Shown here: positions 1 through 8,601 of the stretch, piece by piece | Layout of the letters: every line of letters begins with the position of its first letter | Numbering within the stretch: the first letter of the stretch is position 1 | From: a virus | Lineage: Duplodnaviria > Caudoviricetes | IMG/VR virus record: IMGVR_UViG_3300034073_003276 | Strand: one strand, 5' to 3' | Length of the DNA stretch: 64,000 nt | The notes under the pieces: model-generated | What the model saw: the letters and a program-made list of their open reading frames with translations, nothing else | Database searches by the model: none | What the model was told of the DNA's origin: nothing | Program-made: the position numbers and the translations under genes

Positions 1-18
1 GATTGAATTTTTTGAGTG

Positions 19-222
19 TTAGTCATTTACATCCTCCCTTGCTTTACGAGCAGCATCATAAAGTTCCCGAAGTCGTTGAGACCTATCCTTCCGTTTATTG
101 ACTTGTTCTGGACTATTATACCATACACTATCAGTTCCGTGAAGAGGGCAATTGGGGTTGAGGTTTTTAGTGTTGGAGGTTTTGGTTCCCATTTGAAGAT
201 AGGAACAAGTACATTCAGACAT
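19..222 (-). CDS. hypothetical early protein (67 aa)
   Basis: ORF track 19..288; more likely start is the ATG at 222 (MSECTC...), which overlaps the upstream stop. Confidence 0.6.
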   Translation of the reverse strand: MSECTCSYLQMGTKTSNTKNLNPNCPLHGTDSVWYNSPEQVNKRKDRSQRLRELYDAARKAREDVND

Positions 223-529
223 AATTTCCCTTTCGCACCTCATTAAACCAAAGTCCTTCAAGCAGACGATGAGTTTCACCATCAGCAATCTGTTTCAGGA
301 AAATTGCACCATTATCATCCTCTTTTCTCATATACCAAAAAATAGCAGTTGAATATTCCAGACGATAATAAATCTTATCATTATAAGAAACAACCTCAAA
401 CTTCCCAGAGTTTTCAAGATACATTCTTGGTTGAGATTTATGCGTCTCAATCTCTTTCAGGAGTTCAAGTTTCTTTTGTAAGACAGCAATTTCTTTTTCA
501 GTTTTTTCAATATCTGTGTTAAAAGTCAT
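215..529 (-). CDS. hypothetical early protein, first gene behind a promoter cassette
   Basis: 104 aa ORF directly downstream of TTGAAA-17-TATAAT. Confidence 0.7.
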   Translation of the reverse strand: MTFNTDIEKTEKEIAVLQKKLELLKEIETHKSQPRMYLENSGKFEVVSYNDKIYYRLEYSTAIFWYMRKEDDNGAIFLKQIADGETHRLLEGLWFNEVRKGNYV

Positions 530-551
530 TTGAGTTTTTATCTATGAAGTC

Positions 552-610
552 ATTATACAACAAAAAGCACTCTGTTTCAAGTGCCCTTGTGCCTGTTTGC
601 GAAGTGTCCT
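552..610 (-). promoter_or_regulatory. early promoter/stem-loop cassette, copy 1
   Basis: minus strand AGGACACTT..AAACAGGCACAAGGGCAC-TTGAAA(580-575)-17 nt-TATAAT(557-552). Confidence 0.8.
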
Positions 611-646
611 TATACCACTCTCACTCGTTTAGAAGTGTCTATTCCT

Positions 647-1141
647 CTATTTTTTTGGTTCTTTCAATCTCTTCAAGTCAGCATAATCACCATATCTTTT
701 CTTATCTTTTTCTCTTCTTTCTTTTCCACCCTGCGTTTGAGACATTACAGCATAACTACCTTTTCCTTTTTCAGCATTTCTGCCTCTCTGTGCTCCCGAA
801 TGAACCCCAGCCATTCTTCTTATTCTACCAGCACTATGCTCACCACCAAGACGACCTTTTGCTACTGATTTGAATTTCTGTCTTTTTTCGTCAGGAACTT
901 TCTTATCTTTTTCCGTGTCGTGTGCTGTTTTTAGTTTTCCATATCTCTCATAATCTCTTTCACTTGGACCACCTTTATAGAATGATGGTTTATCAGGATT
1001 TTCAACACCTAATCTTTTTCTAACTGCCCTATTTTTTTCTCTTGGAGTTAGTCCAGATTGAAGTGGTCTCTTTGGATTGTCCCACTCTACTTTACCCTCA
1101 ACCAACTCACATTCCAATATAAACTCTCTAAAAGTTTTCAT
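647..1141 (-). CDS. basic hypothetical protein with MKTFREF N-terminus, typical of cyanophage late proteins
   Basis: 164 aa ORF; TATAAATA late promoter about 20 nt upstream (1162-1169). Confidence 0.7.
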   Translation of the reverse strand: MKTFREFILECELVEGKVEWDNPKRPLQSGLTPREKNRAVRKRLGVENPDKPSFYKGGPSERDYERYGKLKTAHDTEKDKKVPDEKRQKFKSVAKGRLGGEHSAGRIRRMAGVHSGAQRGRNAEKGKGSYAVMSQTQGGKERREKDKKRYGDYADLKRLKEPKK

Positions 1142-1188
1142 TTCTACTGATACTTTTTAGGTATTTATATCTCGTTTTATATCAGTCA

Positions 1189-1743
1189 TCAGAAGTTCTC
1201 CACAATATCTTTGATTGCTGTATTATAACCTTGAATAACATCAGAGTGATACTTATTCTCCAAAGGTTCTGGAATAGTATCTTTAATCAAATCCATAACT
1301 TCATCAGTCAGTTCATCACAATCAAGAGTATCATTCAGTTTGGTTTTTAGCAAGTCCCAAAGTTTATTATAAAAACTTTTTGGTTCCACTACTTTTTGAT
1401 ACTTTATTCCGTGATAGTAAATACAATCACCAGATTTGAGAATAAGTGAAGGGTCAATTTCAATTTTAGGTTCCATTTGTTTCAGGTAAGGAGTAGCATC
1501 CATCACACCATCTTTGATTGCTTGTCTAAAAGCATTACGCAGACCTTCATCTACTTGCTCTGGTGTTTGTGGTTTTGGTTGAAAGTCAGTCATTTTTTTC
1601 TTAGGATCTAAAACATCACGGGCACGGTCAGCAATCTGTCTCAAACTAATGCGAGGGTCATTATAAGATGTGGGAGTCCAATTATCACACCAACTATCAA
1701 GTTCAAGAATAACTCGTTCTAATGCTTTTTGGGTTTTAGTCAT
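1189..1743 (-). CDS. hypothetical protein
   Basis: ORF track 1189..1776; start trimmed to ATG 1743 (MTKTQK), just after the upstream stop. Confidence 0.65.
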   Translation of the reverse strand: MTKTQKALERVILELDSWCDNWTPTSYNDPRISLRQIADRARDVLDPKKKMTDFQPKPQTPEQVDEGLRNAFRQAIKDGVMDATPYLKQMEPKIEIDPSLILKSGDCIYYHGIKYQKVVEPKSFYNKLWDLLKTKLNDTLDCDELTDEVMDLIKDTIPEPLENKYHSDVIQGYNTAIKDIVENF

Positions 1744-1745
1744 AC

Positions 1746-2036
1746 TTACCAATCCAACTCCACATAAATGCTCCACCCCAAATTATTAGGCAGATTATCT
1801 TTCAAGTATTCTAACATATAATCCTGGAAATCATAAGCAGTTGGTGAGCATTCTTCAATCAACACACCATACTCCAAATCCTCTTCGTGAATACTATACT
1901 TCACCCATACATCCACCACTCGTAGGTCAGCATAATTTACACCACCAAATCGTTCTGTGGAGTTCTTGAGTTCTTCAAGTGCCTTTGTAGCAACCTCTTG
2001 AATGAGTGTGAGGTTCTTATTGAGTGTTTCGTTCAT
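1746..2036 (-). CDS. hypothetical protein
   Basis: 96 aa ORF, ATGA-coupled with its neighbour. Confidence 0.65.
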   Translation of the reverse strand: MNETLNKNLTLIQEVATKALEELKNSTERFGGVNYADLRVVDVWVKYSIHEEDLEYGVLIEECSPTAYDFQDYMLEYLKDNLPNNLGWSIYVELDW

Positions 2037-2371
2037 AATCCCAAATGGTCCCTATAACCTCCATACCAACTTATACTTACATCTTTATAAGGTTCTGCTT
2101 TCACTCCACCATAAGTATCAAAATGAGGTTTTGGGTCATTAGGTTGAGCAGTATGAACAATCTTTGTGGAATTAGGAGAAACGCAAGGAATAGTATTAGG
2201 TGTAGTATAAGGAGGAGTATACATTTGATAAGGTGTCTTATTCAAATACTCTTCAAGGATGTCGTAGTCCCAAGGGTCTCCACCACATTCTTTTCCGTAA
2301 GAAACCGATTCTTCTCTTGATGGGAAGGATGCTACAAATTTATTATGATGATAAAGTGAATAAACTTTCAT
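2033..2371 (-). CDS. hypothetical protein, Pro-rich
   Basis: 112 aa coupled ORF. Confidence 0.65.
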   Translation of the reverse strand: MKVYSLYHHNKFVASFPSREESVSYGKECGGDPWDYDILEEYLNKTPYQMYTPPYTTPNTIPCVSPNSTKIVHTAQPNDPKPHFDTYGGVKAEPYKDVSISWYGGYRDHLGL

Positions 2372-2586
2372 TTACAATCCTCATTAAGGTCAAAGTTCAG
2401 GTATTCTACCACAGGTTTTCTACAATACTCACAAAGTCGTTTCCGTGCTTCTTCTAGAGTATCGTATCCACCATCAAAATAAACCTCATAGGCAAAGATA
2501 TTAGACCACGAAAAGAACCATCTCTCTTGTGGATAATACTTTGTAGTATCACCATAAGTTTGTTTTTTGATACGATACTTTTTCAT
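2368..2586 (-). CDS. hypothetical protein
   Basis: 72 aa coupled ORF. Confidence 0.65.
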   Translation of the reverse strand: MKKYRIKKQTYGDTTKYYPQERWFFSWSNIFAYEVYFDGGYDTLEEARKRLCEYCRKPVVEYLNFDLNEDCK

Positions 2587-2750
2587 CGGATGCCACTATC
2601 AAAGAGCTTTTTGAGTTCGTGATAAACAAGCACCAAATCTCGGTCAGTAGATAGATGACCACAATCCTTTGCTCCTCTCAAAAATTCATAGAGTTCTTTT
2701 GCTTGTTGCTCTGTGAGTGTGAGTTTGTAGTTCTTTTGAATTTCAATCAT
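2583..2750 (-). CDS. hypothetical protein
   Basis: start trimmed to MIEIQK (2750). Confidence 0.6.
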   Translation of the reverse strand: MIEIQKNYKLTLTEQQAKELYEFLRGAKDCGHLSTDRDLVLVYHELKKLFDSGIR

Positions 2751-2919
2751 TTTCAATCTCCTCCACATTTACATAAGGAGCAGTTTTCCATTCACTCCAC
2801 ACATACTCATATGGAGGTGGGCATAATGCTCCATTTGCATCAACTCTAAGCATATGATGACGATACTGAATATCTGGTTTCATTCCCAGTTCATTCTCAA
2901 CGATACGAAGTTCAATCAT
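2743..2919 (-). CDS. hypothetical protein (58 aa, MIELRIVENE...), not in the ORF track
   Basis: read manually; fills the gap with overlapping start/stop codons. Confidence 0.6.
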   Translation of the reverse strand: MIELRIVENELGMKPDIQYRHHMLRVDANGALCPPPYEYVWSEWKTAPYVNVEEIEND

Positions 2920-3077
2920 TTTTCAAGTTCCTTTTGAATACGATACTCACACCATTCTGTATGATTTTTAAGTTCTCCGTTGATTTGTGGGACACTTATC
3001 TTACAATAAGAACAACAGTAATAAGGATTACCACCACCAATAGGTTCTTTTGGATAGTCGTTATAATATTGGTTCAT
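2916..3077 (-). CDS. hypothetical Cys/His protein (53 aa, YCCSYC...H..WC), not in the ORF track
   Basis: read manually; ATGA overlaps on both sides. Confidence 0.6.
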   Translation of the reverse strand: MNQYYNDYPKEPIGGGNPYYCCSYCKISVPQINGELKNHTEWCEYRIQKELEK

Positions 3078-3274
3078 TTCTGGTTCTCTTGAAGTTTCAG
3101 GTAATCATACTGTATTTTACATTCCTTTGGTTGTTCCATACAATACACAATACCCTCATTCTTTCCTACACTCATACCATTATGCCCACCGATATTGAAA
3201 CCAAGAAAGAATATCACAGTAGCAATCGTTGGAATACCCAGTATAAAAGGAATAATAATACCTGGTTCAATCAT
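3074..3274 (-). CDS. small membrane protein
   Basis: start trimmed to MIEPGII; N-terminal hydrophobic helix. Confidence 0.6.
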   Translation of the reverse strand: MIEPGIIIPFILGIPTIATVIFFLGFNIGGHNGMSVGKNEGIVYCMEQPKECKIQYDYLKLQENQK

Positions 3275-3492
3275 TTCACAAAATCTCCAATCACAGGAAC
3301 AGTTCCACAAATTTCATTCACTCTTACCATCGTTTGGTCTTTGAGTGCTTGACGACACTCCAAGTTTTTATTGTATGTTTGTTGGAATAATACTCGTTGT
3401 TGTTGAGCATCATAAGTGATGATACTACCAGCAACGATTAGAGAAATAGGAATAATCAAAATCGCAAACCAATCAAATTCATCAAATTTCAT
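3271..3492 (-). CDS. small membrane protein
   Basis: 73 aa with N-terminal TM segment. Confidence 0.6.
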   Translation of the reverse strand: MKFDEFDWFAILIIPISLIVAGSIITYDAQQQRVLFQQTYNKNLECRQALKDQTMVRVNEICGTVPVIGDFVK

Positions 3493-3686
3493 AGTGCCTC
3501 CAAATCTTTAGCAATTTCATAAAAGTCATCAGCAGTAACCCAAACAAGTCCATTATCATCATACACGAAACTATCTGCCATAGCACGAATAGCAGCAGCA
3601 ACTCCGTCTTTTGGAAAGTTGTAAGTATCTTCTGCTTCGTATGCTCTCATAATTTTTTGTGCTCGTTCTTGTTTATAGTTAGTCAT
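3489..3686 (-). CDS. hypothetical protein
   Basis: 65 aa coupled ORF. Confidence 0.65.
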   Translation of the reverse strand: MTNYKQERAQKIMRAYEAEDTYNFPKDGVAAAIRAMADSFVYDDNGLVWVTADDFYEIAKDLEAL

Positions 3687-3946
3687 TTCAAATCCATCTC
3701 GTCAATAAGAATTACAGTTTCAAAAGGTGGTTCTTTACACAACCCACAATAATCACCAAACTTCTCCATCAAATCCCACATTTGAAACTCCACATACCCA
3801 TTTTCATCTTCCTTCGGTGGAGTATAAGGAAACTTATCCAATTTACCATGAGAGTTCCAAAAATCTTCCCATTGTTTCTTATGAAGTTCTTTACCAAACT
3901 CTGTGAGTTTGACTTTGATTGGGTAGTTGATATTGAAGGATTTCAT
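3683..3946 (-). CDS. hypothetical protein
   Basis: 87 aa coupled ORF. Confidence 0.65.
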   Translation of the reverse strand: MKSFNINYPIKVKLTEFGKELHKKQWEDFWNSHGKLDKFPYTPPKEDENGYVEFQMWDLMEKFGDYCGLCKEPPFETVILIDEMDLK

Positions 3947-4161
3947 TTTGCCCTCATAGCAGCAATCACAGCATCTCTTGCGGTTCGTCCTTTTGCTCTA
4001 CTCATAGGATATCCACTATTCATAAAAACCCAATCACTTTCACCATTCATTTGAAGAGAATGAGATTTGAATTGATTGAGTAGAAATTCAAGGATTTCTG
4101 CGTCTGTTGGTTCAGTCGCATTCATTTCTCGTGATAGTTGTTTTTCTCGTTCATTCATCAT
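3943..4161 (-). CDS. hypothetical protein
   Basis: 72 aa coupled ORF. Confidence 0.6.
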   Translation of the reverse strand: MMNEREKQLSREMNATEPTDAEILEFLLNQFKSHSLQMNGESDWVFMNSGYPMSRAKGRTARDAVIAAMRAK

Positions 4162-4460
4162 TCCACTCCAAAAAATTCATAAGTCATATCAATATAACCT
4201 TCATTTATAGAATTCCAAAAGTTTTGAACTTCTTGAACTCCACCTACTCTATAAGACCACTGAGATTTATCACAATATAAACTATAAATTCCCAATTTAT
4301 TGATTGGAACTTTATTTTCTAAATCATCTTCTGTGAGAGTAGTCATACGAAAACACCAACTACTAAAAGCAACGAAAAATCTTTTCCAGTAAAACGATTG
4401 GGAGAGAAGATTATCTAAAAATTCTTCAAGAATTGAATGGAGGTGAGAATACGGTTTCAT
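4158..4460 (-). CDS. hypothetical protein
   Basis: 100 aa coupled ORF. Confidence 0.6.
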   Translation of the reverse strand: MKPYSHLHSILEEFLDNLLSQSFYWKRFFVAFSSWCFRMTTLTEDDLENKVPINKLGIYSLYCDKSQWSYRVGGVQEVQNFWNSINEGYIDMTYEFFGVE

Positions 4461-4673
4461 TTAAAGTGCCTCCACATTATAAGAAAGTTCATAAAGTTTT
4501 TGAGCATCAACTACCATATCTTCTACACCTTCATCTTTACAACACTGATAGTATTGATATTGATTAGCAATCTCACGGATAGCAGTAGCAAGTGCTTGTT
4601 TCATATCATCTGTTGCTGGTTGTGTAAGTTCTGCTTTGAATGCTTCCCAAACTTTGTATGCGGTGTCAGTCAT
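4461..4673 (-). CDS. hypothetical protein
   Basis: 70 aa coupled ORF. Confidence 0.65.
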   Translation of the reverse strand: MTDTAYKVWEAFKAELTQPATDDMKQALATAIREIANQYQYYQCCKDEGVEDMVVDAQKLYELSYNVEAL

Positions 4674-4864
4674 AATAACTCCAATTCATTAGCAAGTTTT
4701 TCTTGTGCTATTTGATAAGCACAGGCAGAGGTTTCCATCCATTTTTTAGCATACTCTTCACTTGCGAGTTGTTGTTCTTTCCAATCGGGATTTGCCTGAC
4801 GATATGCTTTCATAGAATTAGCATATGCTTTATGCCGATAAGTCAATCCATCTTCAAGAGACAT
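4670..4864 (-). CDS. hypothetical protein
   Basis: 64 aa coupled ORF. Confidence 0.6.
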   Translation of the reverse strand: MSLEDGLTYRHKAYANSMKAYRQANPDWKEQQLASEEYAKKWMETSACAYQIAQEKLANELELL

Positions 4865-5088
4865 TAGAGCAACTCCAATTCATCAATAATAGCATCAATA
4901 TCTTTCAAACAATCATCATAACCAAGAACATACATAACATTCAGTTCATCATTCAAATTGACGGGATTTTGCCCTGATAGTTGCTTACGAAGATGTTGAA
5001 GAGTTTCTTGGAGCAACCAAGCAGGATTGTGTGCTTGACTTTCCCAGAAAACTTTTAGGAGTTCTTCTGCTTTTTGTTGGTTAGTCAT
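4864..5088 (-). CDS. hypothetical protein
   Basis: 74 aa coupled ORF. Confidence 0.65.
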   Translation of the reverse strand: MTNQQKAEELLKVFWESQAHNPAWLLQETLQHLRKQLSGQNPVNLNDELNVMYVLGYDDCLKDIDAIIDELELL

Positions 5089-5208
5089 AATACTGCTGCG
5101 ATTACTGCTGGTAGAGTGTTTGTGGTTTTGTCTTTTGGTTCTTGTGATTTTTTCTCTTTGTATTCTTCAAGTGCTTTGAAGAATAGTTCTTCTTCTCTTT
5201 GAAGGTCG

Positions 5209-5355
5209 TCAGGCATTTTCTTTTACCTCTGGCTCTGGTGTTCCCCAACGATTGAGTGCCTCACGGATAGTATTTCTAACTTCGGGATAAAGATTGTAAT
5301 AACCTCCAATCTCATCCCAGAGTTCATCAAGTTGTTCGTCAGTTGGGTTAGACAT
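5209..5355 (-). CDS. hypothetical protein (48 aa, MSNPTDEQLDELW...)
   Basis: read manually; fills the gap in the operon. Confidence 0.55.
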   Translation of the reverse strand: MSNPTDEQLDELWDEIGGYYNLYPEVRNTIREALNRWGTPEPEVKENA

Positions 5356-5356
5356 T

Positions 5357-5569
5357 TCAGTTGTCCTCCGTCAAACGAATGTAAAGTTCAAGTTCTCCTC
5401 TCATATCATAAAAATACGATTTTCCCCTATCAAGAATAAAAGTATCATAATCTTCTTGTGTGGGTTCTTCTTCCATTTCCATATCCTTCCAAACTTCCAA
5501 GAAATCTTCAACAGACATATGGTATTCAAGAGGAATGTATGCGACTTTGGGAATGATGGGATTAGTCAT
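5357..5569 (-). CDS. acidic hypothetical protein, first gene behind a promoter cassette
   Basis: 70 aa; leader CATAAGCAACCAAACCGATG nearly identical to the leader at 7180-7199. Confidence 0.7.
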   Translation of the reverse strand: MTNPIIPKVAYIPLEYHMSVEDFLEVWKDMEMEEEPTQEDYDTFILDRGKSYFYDMRGELELYIRLTEDN

Positions 5570-5591
5570 CGGTTTGGTTGCTTATGAGAGT

Positions 5592-5649
5592 ATTATAAGG
5601 CATCCACAGGGTCTGTGGTGAGGTCAGTGAACAGTTTGGGAAGTGTCCT
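5592..5649 (-). promoter_or_regulatory. early promoter/stem-loop cassette, copy 2
   Basis: GGACACTTCCCAAACTGTTCAC upstream motif, CCACAG/CTGTGG inverted repeat, TATAAT at 5597-5592; -35 non-canonical. Confidence 0.7.
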
Positions 5650-5822
5650 TATTCGTCGTGAAACCAATTATAAGCAATCATCCATAAAACTCCCCAAACA
5701 GTTCCAAACATAAACCACAAAACATACTGTGGAAAGAACAAAGCAACTAACAAAACACCAAACCAAAGTGAAGGAACATAGATTGTTTTTAAAGATTTGA
5801 TGTATTTAAGTAGTTTAGTCAT
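5649..5822 (-). CDS. small membrane protein (57 aa, MTKLLKYIKS...)
   Basis: read manually; two hydrophobic segments. Confidence 0.55.
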   Translation of the reverse strand: MTKLLKYIKSLKTIYVPSLWFGVLLVALFFPQYVLWFMFGTVWGVLWMIAYNWFHDE

Positions 5823-6030
5823 AGTTATAATCAGTAGGATAAGAGGAGTTCAGGGATACACTTTCTTGGTGACTTTCCCAACCATTTTCATTACCAATTT
5901 CATAGATTGCTCGGGCAAACTCAATAAAATTTTCAGGAGTTCCAAAATATTCAGAACAACTACCATCGTCTCTCAATCCACCCTCTTGAAAGTGAAATCT
6001 CACAAGTTCAAGGATTTGTTCGTTAGTCAT
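5815..6030 (-). CDS. hypothetical protein
   Basis: 71 aa ORF. Confidence 0.65.
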   Translation of the reverse strand: MTNEQILELVRFHFQEGGLRDDGSCSEYFGTPENFIEFARAIYEIGNENGWESHQESVSLNSSYPTDYNYD

Positions 6031-6033
6031 TTC

Positions 6034-6234
6034 TCACTCCACATAATGGTAAATTGGTTGTTTATATTTCCTCAACATCTTAATTGCTGCTCTTGCTTGC
6101 ATAAGTTCTAGAAATCGTTTAGGTGAGTAAAGAACATATTCTTCTTGAGCAACACTATATTTTTGAATGCTGTAATAGGTGCTCATCTCATCAAAATCAA
6201 AGCACTCTACAATTCGGTAATCATAAACTTTCAT
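6034..6234 (-). CDS. hypothetical protein
   Basis: 66 aa ORF. Confidence 0.65.
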   Translation of the reverse strand: MKVYDYRIVECFDFDEMSTYYSIQKYSVAQEEYVLYSPKRFLELMQARAAIKMLRKYKQPIYHYVE

Positions 6235-6431
6235 AATACACCTCTAATAACTTTACGCATCGTTGCTTCAAAGATAATGTCTTTTTCCAGTTCTTGTGGT
6301 GTTGCTACTTGGAGATAGGTTTGATACTGATACTCGTTGAGGTCTTTGGATGGAATGTATCCTTTATAGGAGATAATTTGTTGAATTGCTTTTTTGGTTG
6401 GTTCTTCCCAGTCCTCTTTGAAGTTAAACAT
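6231..6431 (-). CDS. hypothetical protein
   Basis: 66 aa ORF. Confidence 0.6.
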   Translation of the reverse strand: MFNFKEDWEEPTKKAIQQIISYKGYIPSKDLNEYQYQTYLQVATPQELEKDIIFEATMRKVIRGVL

Positions 6432-6727
6432 TAGTCATTCCATCCATCAAAGTATTCTGTAAAAAAGTTTAAACTCAAACCAACCTTACCAACTTGAAAA
6501 TCTACTCCAAATAAAGAATTAGTAAAAAATGAGAATAGGATGTGTAATCCACCATCACTAAAAACTAAACGACTGGGATTTTCATAATGAACCCAGAGTA
6601 ATGTTTTATTGTTGATGATACCAAGCTGCCAAGTGTAGTCAGTATCACCATCATCCCAAACTTTTTTATCGTATTGAAAGAGTTTAGTCAAGATAATCAC
6701 CGGTAGTATAAAGAAGTAAGGCACCAA
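6431..6727 (-). CDS. hypothetical protein (start uncertain)
   Basis: ORF track; true start probably near 6691-6700. Confidence 0.55.
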   Translation of the reverse strand: MVPYFFILPVIILTKLFQYDKKVWDDGDTDYTWQLGIINNKTLLWVHYENPSRLVFSDGGLHILFSFFTNSLFGVDFQVGKVGLSLNFFTEYFDGWND

Positions 6728-6836
6728 ATGCCACTAGAATAGAAATCAAATAGTCATCACCAACAATTGAGTTTATCCCAGTAACAAAAAAGAAAAGTAA
6801 AGGAACTTGAAGTAAGTATTTGATTATGAGTTTCAT
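6684..6836 (-). CDS. small two-TM membrane protein
   Basis: start trimmed to MKLIIKY. Confidence 0.55.
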   Translation of the reverse strand: MKLIIKYLLQVPLLFFFVTGINSIVGDDYLISILVAFGALLLYTTGDYLD

Positions 6837-6918
6837 TTTAGAATACCAAAAGCAATTGCTACTCCCCAACAAAGAACAATTGTTTGGTAGGCATTCAGTA
6901 AAACAATAGTGTTGAGTT

Positions 6919-7182
6919 TCATTCTACAATCAGGCAATATCTGGTTTGAAAAATAAACATTTCCTTTTGCCAGGTTTTCTTTACACCGTTCTCTTCCCAA
7001 GAATACACAACATCCCATTCATAAGGATTTACACTTCCATAATAATTGAAACCCTCAACGGTCACAAAACCTTTGGAACCATCTGCCCGTGCCCAACGAG
7101 AACCAACTTGGATTTCGTGTGGTTCAAAGAAATGACGGACAACTGCTTTGTGCCCATCTATGATTTCAGTTTCGTAGTTCAT
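6919..7182 (-). CDS. hypothetical protein, first gene behind a promoter cassette
   Basis: 87 aa ORF. Confidence 0.7.
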   Translation of the reverse strand: MNYETEIIDGHKAVVRHFFEPHEIQVGSRWARADGSKGFVTVEGFNYYGSVNPYEWDVVYSWEENGVKKTWQKEMFIFQTRYCLIVE

Positions 7183-7204
7183 CGGTTTAGTTGCTTATGA
7201 AGTC

Positions 7205-7263
7205 ATTATACGACAAAGGACACCTGATTTCAAGTGCCCTTGTTCCAGTTTAGAAAGTGTCCT
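7205..7263 (-). promoter_or_regulatory. early promoter/stem-loop cassette, copy 3
   Basis: GGACACTTTCTAAACTGGAACAAGGGCAC-TTGAAA(7233-7228)-17 nt-TATAAT(7210-7205). Confidence 0.85.
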
Positions 7264-8006
7264 TATGATATGCGTCTTCTATTATTTTTAGATGTATCTA
7301 TTCCTTTTCCTTTTTGATAAGAAACTACTCCAGCAGAAGTTGATACATAACCAGTCATACAACATTCCCATCTTTGTGAATTGGTAATTTTTACATTTTC
7401 TCTTCTTTCTTCGGTTGCCAGTCCATAAAGACCTACACGAAGTTCTTTTGCTCTTTGTGTTGCTTTTTTACCATCTTCACTCATTTGTTCTTTAGTTCTT
7501 CCGTGAACTCCAACACCAAGTTTATATGCGGTTAGTCCTCCATTTTTTGCATCTTCACTCATTTGTTCTTTAGTTCTTCCATGAATGCCCAATCCAAGTT
7601 CGTATGCTTTTTTTCCTCCACTTTTCCCATCTTTGGTCATTTGTTCTTTAGTCCTTGCGTGTCCTCCTATTCCAAGTTCATATGCTTTTCTTCCACCCTT
7701 TGAGCACAAATCAATAAAAACTTTACCACCAACATTTTCATTAAGACACCACTTATCGGTGTTATAAAATGGTTTTATTAATCTCTTTTCAACTTCCTGT
7801 GCTTCTATCCAACCTTCATCTGTGAAGTCAAAAAATTGAAGTATTTGCTTTTTAGGAGTATAAAATTTCCACATCCACTTATGGGTTACAGGAGTTCCCA
7901 TATAGTATTCATTAAACTTTTTTTCTTTATGAGCACCATAATAGTAATAAGAAACTTCTTCAAAGGTAATCTTATACAAGTATATTCTTGGACTTTGTGA
8001 AGTCAT
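7263..8006 (-). CDS. free-standing GIY-YIG-family homing endonuclease with C-terminal repeats
   Basis: N-terminal IYLYKIT...YYYYG motif (GIY-YIG-like); three (H)GRTKEQM(S/T)(E/K)DGK repeats. Confidence 0.65.
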   Translation of the reverse strand: MTSQSPRIYLYKITFEEVSYYYYGAHKEKKFNEYYMGTPVTHKWMWKFYTPKKQILQFFDFTDEGWIEAQEVEKRLIKPFYNTDKWCLNENVGGKVFIDLCSKGGRKAYELGIGGHARTKEQMTKDGKSGGKKAYELGLGIHGRTKEQMSEDAKNGGLTAYKLGVGVHGRTKEQMSEDGKKATQRAKELRVGLYGLATEERRENVKITNSQRWECCMTGYVSTSAGVVSYQKGKGIDTSKNNRRRIS

Positions 8007-8011
8007 AGTTC

Positions 8012-8110
8012 TGCCTTGTTGTGTGTCGTATTACTATTTATACAAGAAAAGGTGTCCGAAGACACCTAATCTCTGCTTCTGGTTACGACACACACAAGCA
8101 TTATTATTTA
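8012..8110 (-). promoter_or_regulatory. homing-endonuclease control module: TAAATA, antisense arm, UUCG terminator hairpin, TATAAATA, complementary arm over the RBS
   Basis: TAAATA 8110-8105; arm 8098-8084; hairpin AGGTGTC-TTCG-GACACCT 8067-8050; TATAAATA 8042-8035; complementary arm 8030-8015. Confidence 0.75.
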
Positions 8111-8389
8111 TGGTAGTTCTAACCTACAATTACCATTTACATCAAACACCACTTTGACTTCACATTCGTGAGTTGTGTGTGCTCTCCACATAGCATCTTT
8201 GAACTCTTCTGTTTCTTTCTCTGGATACTTGGCAACAAAATGACCATTCTCATCCATTTCATTACAATTCACATCACCAAGATAATGGAGATTGAGGAAA
8301 CGATTGAGTTGTTGCTTTTGTTCGTGGTTCAGTCGAATTCTTACAAATGTGATGAATTCGTTTGATACTGGGTATTCTTCGTTAGTCAT
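8108..8389 (-). CDS. hypothetical protein
   Basis: start trimmed to MTNEEY. Confidence 0.6.
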   Translation of the reverse strand: MTNEEYPVSNEFITFVRIRLNHEQKQQLNRFLNLHYLGDVNCNEMDENGHFVAKYPEKETEEFKDAMWRAHTTHECEVKVVFDVNGNCRLELP

Positions 8390-8394
8390 AATAA

Positions 8395-8601
8395 TCAAGC
8401 AAAACATAAAACATTTAGACCATTCTGGATATGTGATTGTCTCATATTCAAGAAATCCGTTAGATTATCAAACTCTTGGTAGATAGTGAATGGAACTTTT
8501 TTAGGAACATATCCTTTCCCAGCAAAAAGACAATATCTTTCTGGAATATCACCCTTATTCAGTTTTTGAATAAATTGTTCTCTTGTGTATGTTTTAGTCA
8601 T
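8395..8601 (-). CDS. hypothetical protein
   Basis: 68 aa ORF. Confidence 0.6.
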   Translation of the reverse strand: MTKTYTREQFIQKLNKGDIPERYCLFAGKGYVPKKVPFTIYQEFDNLTDFLNMRQSHIQNGLNVLCFA

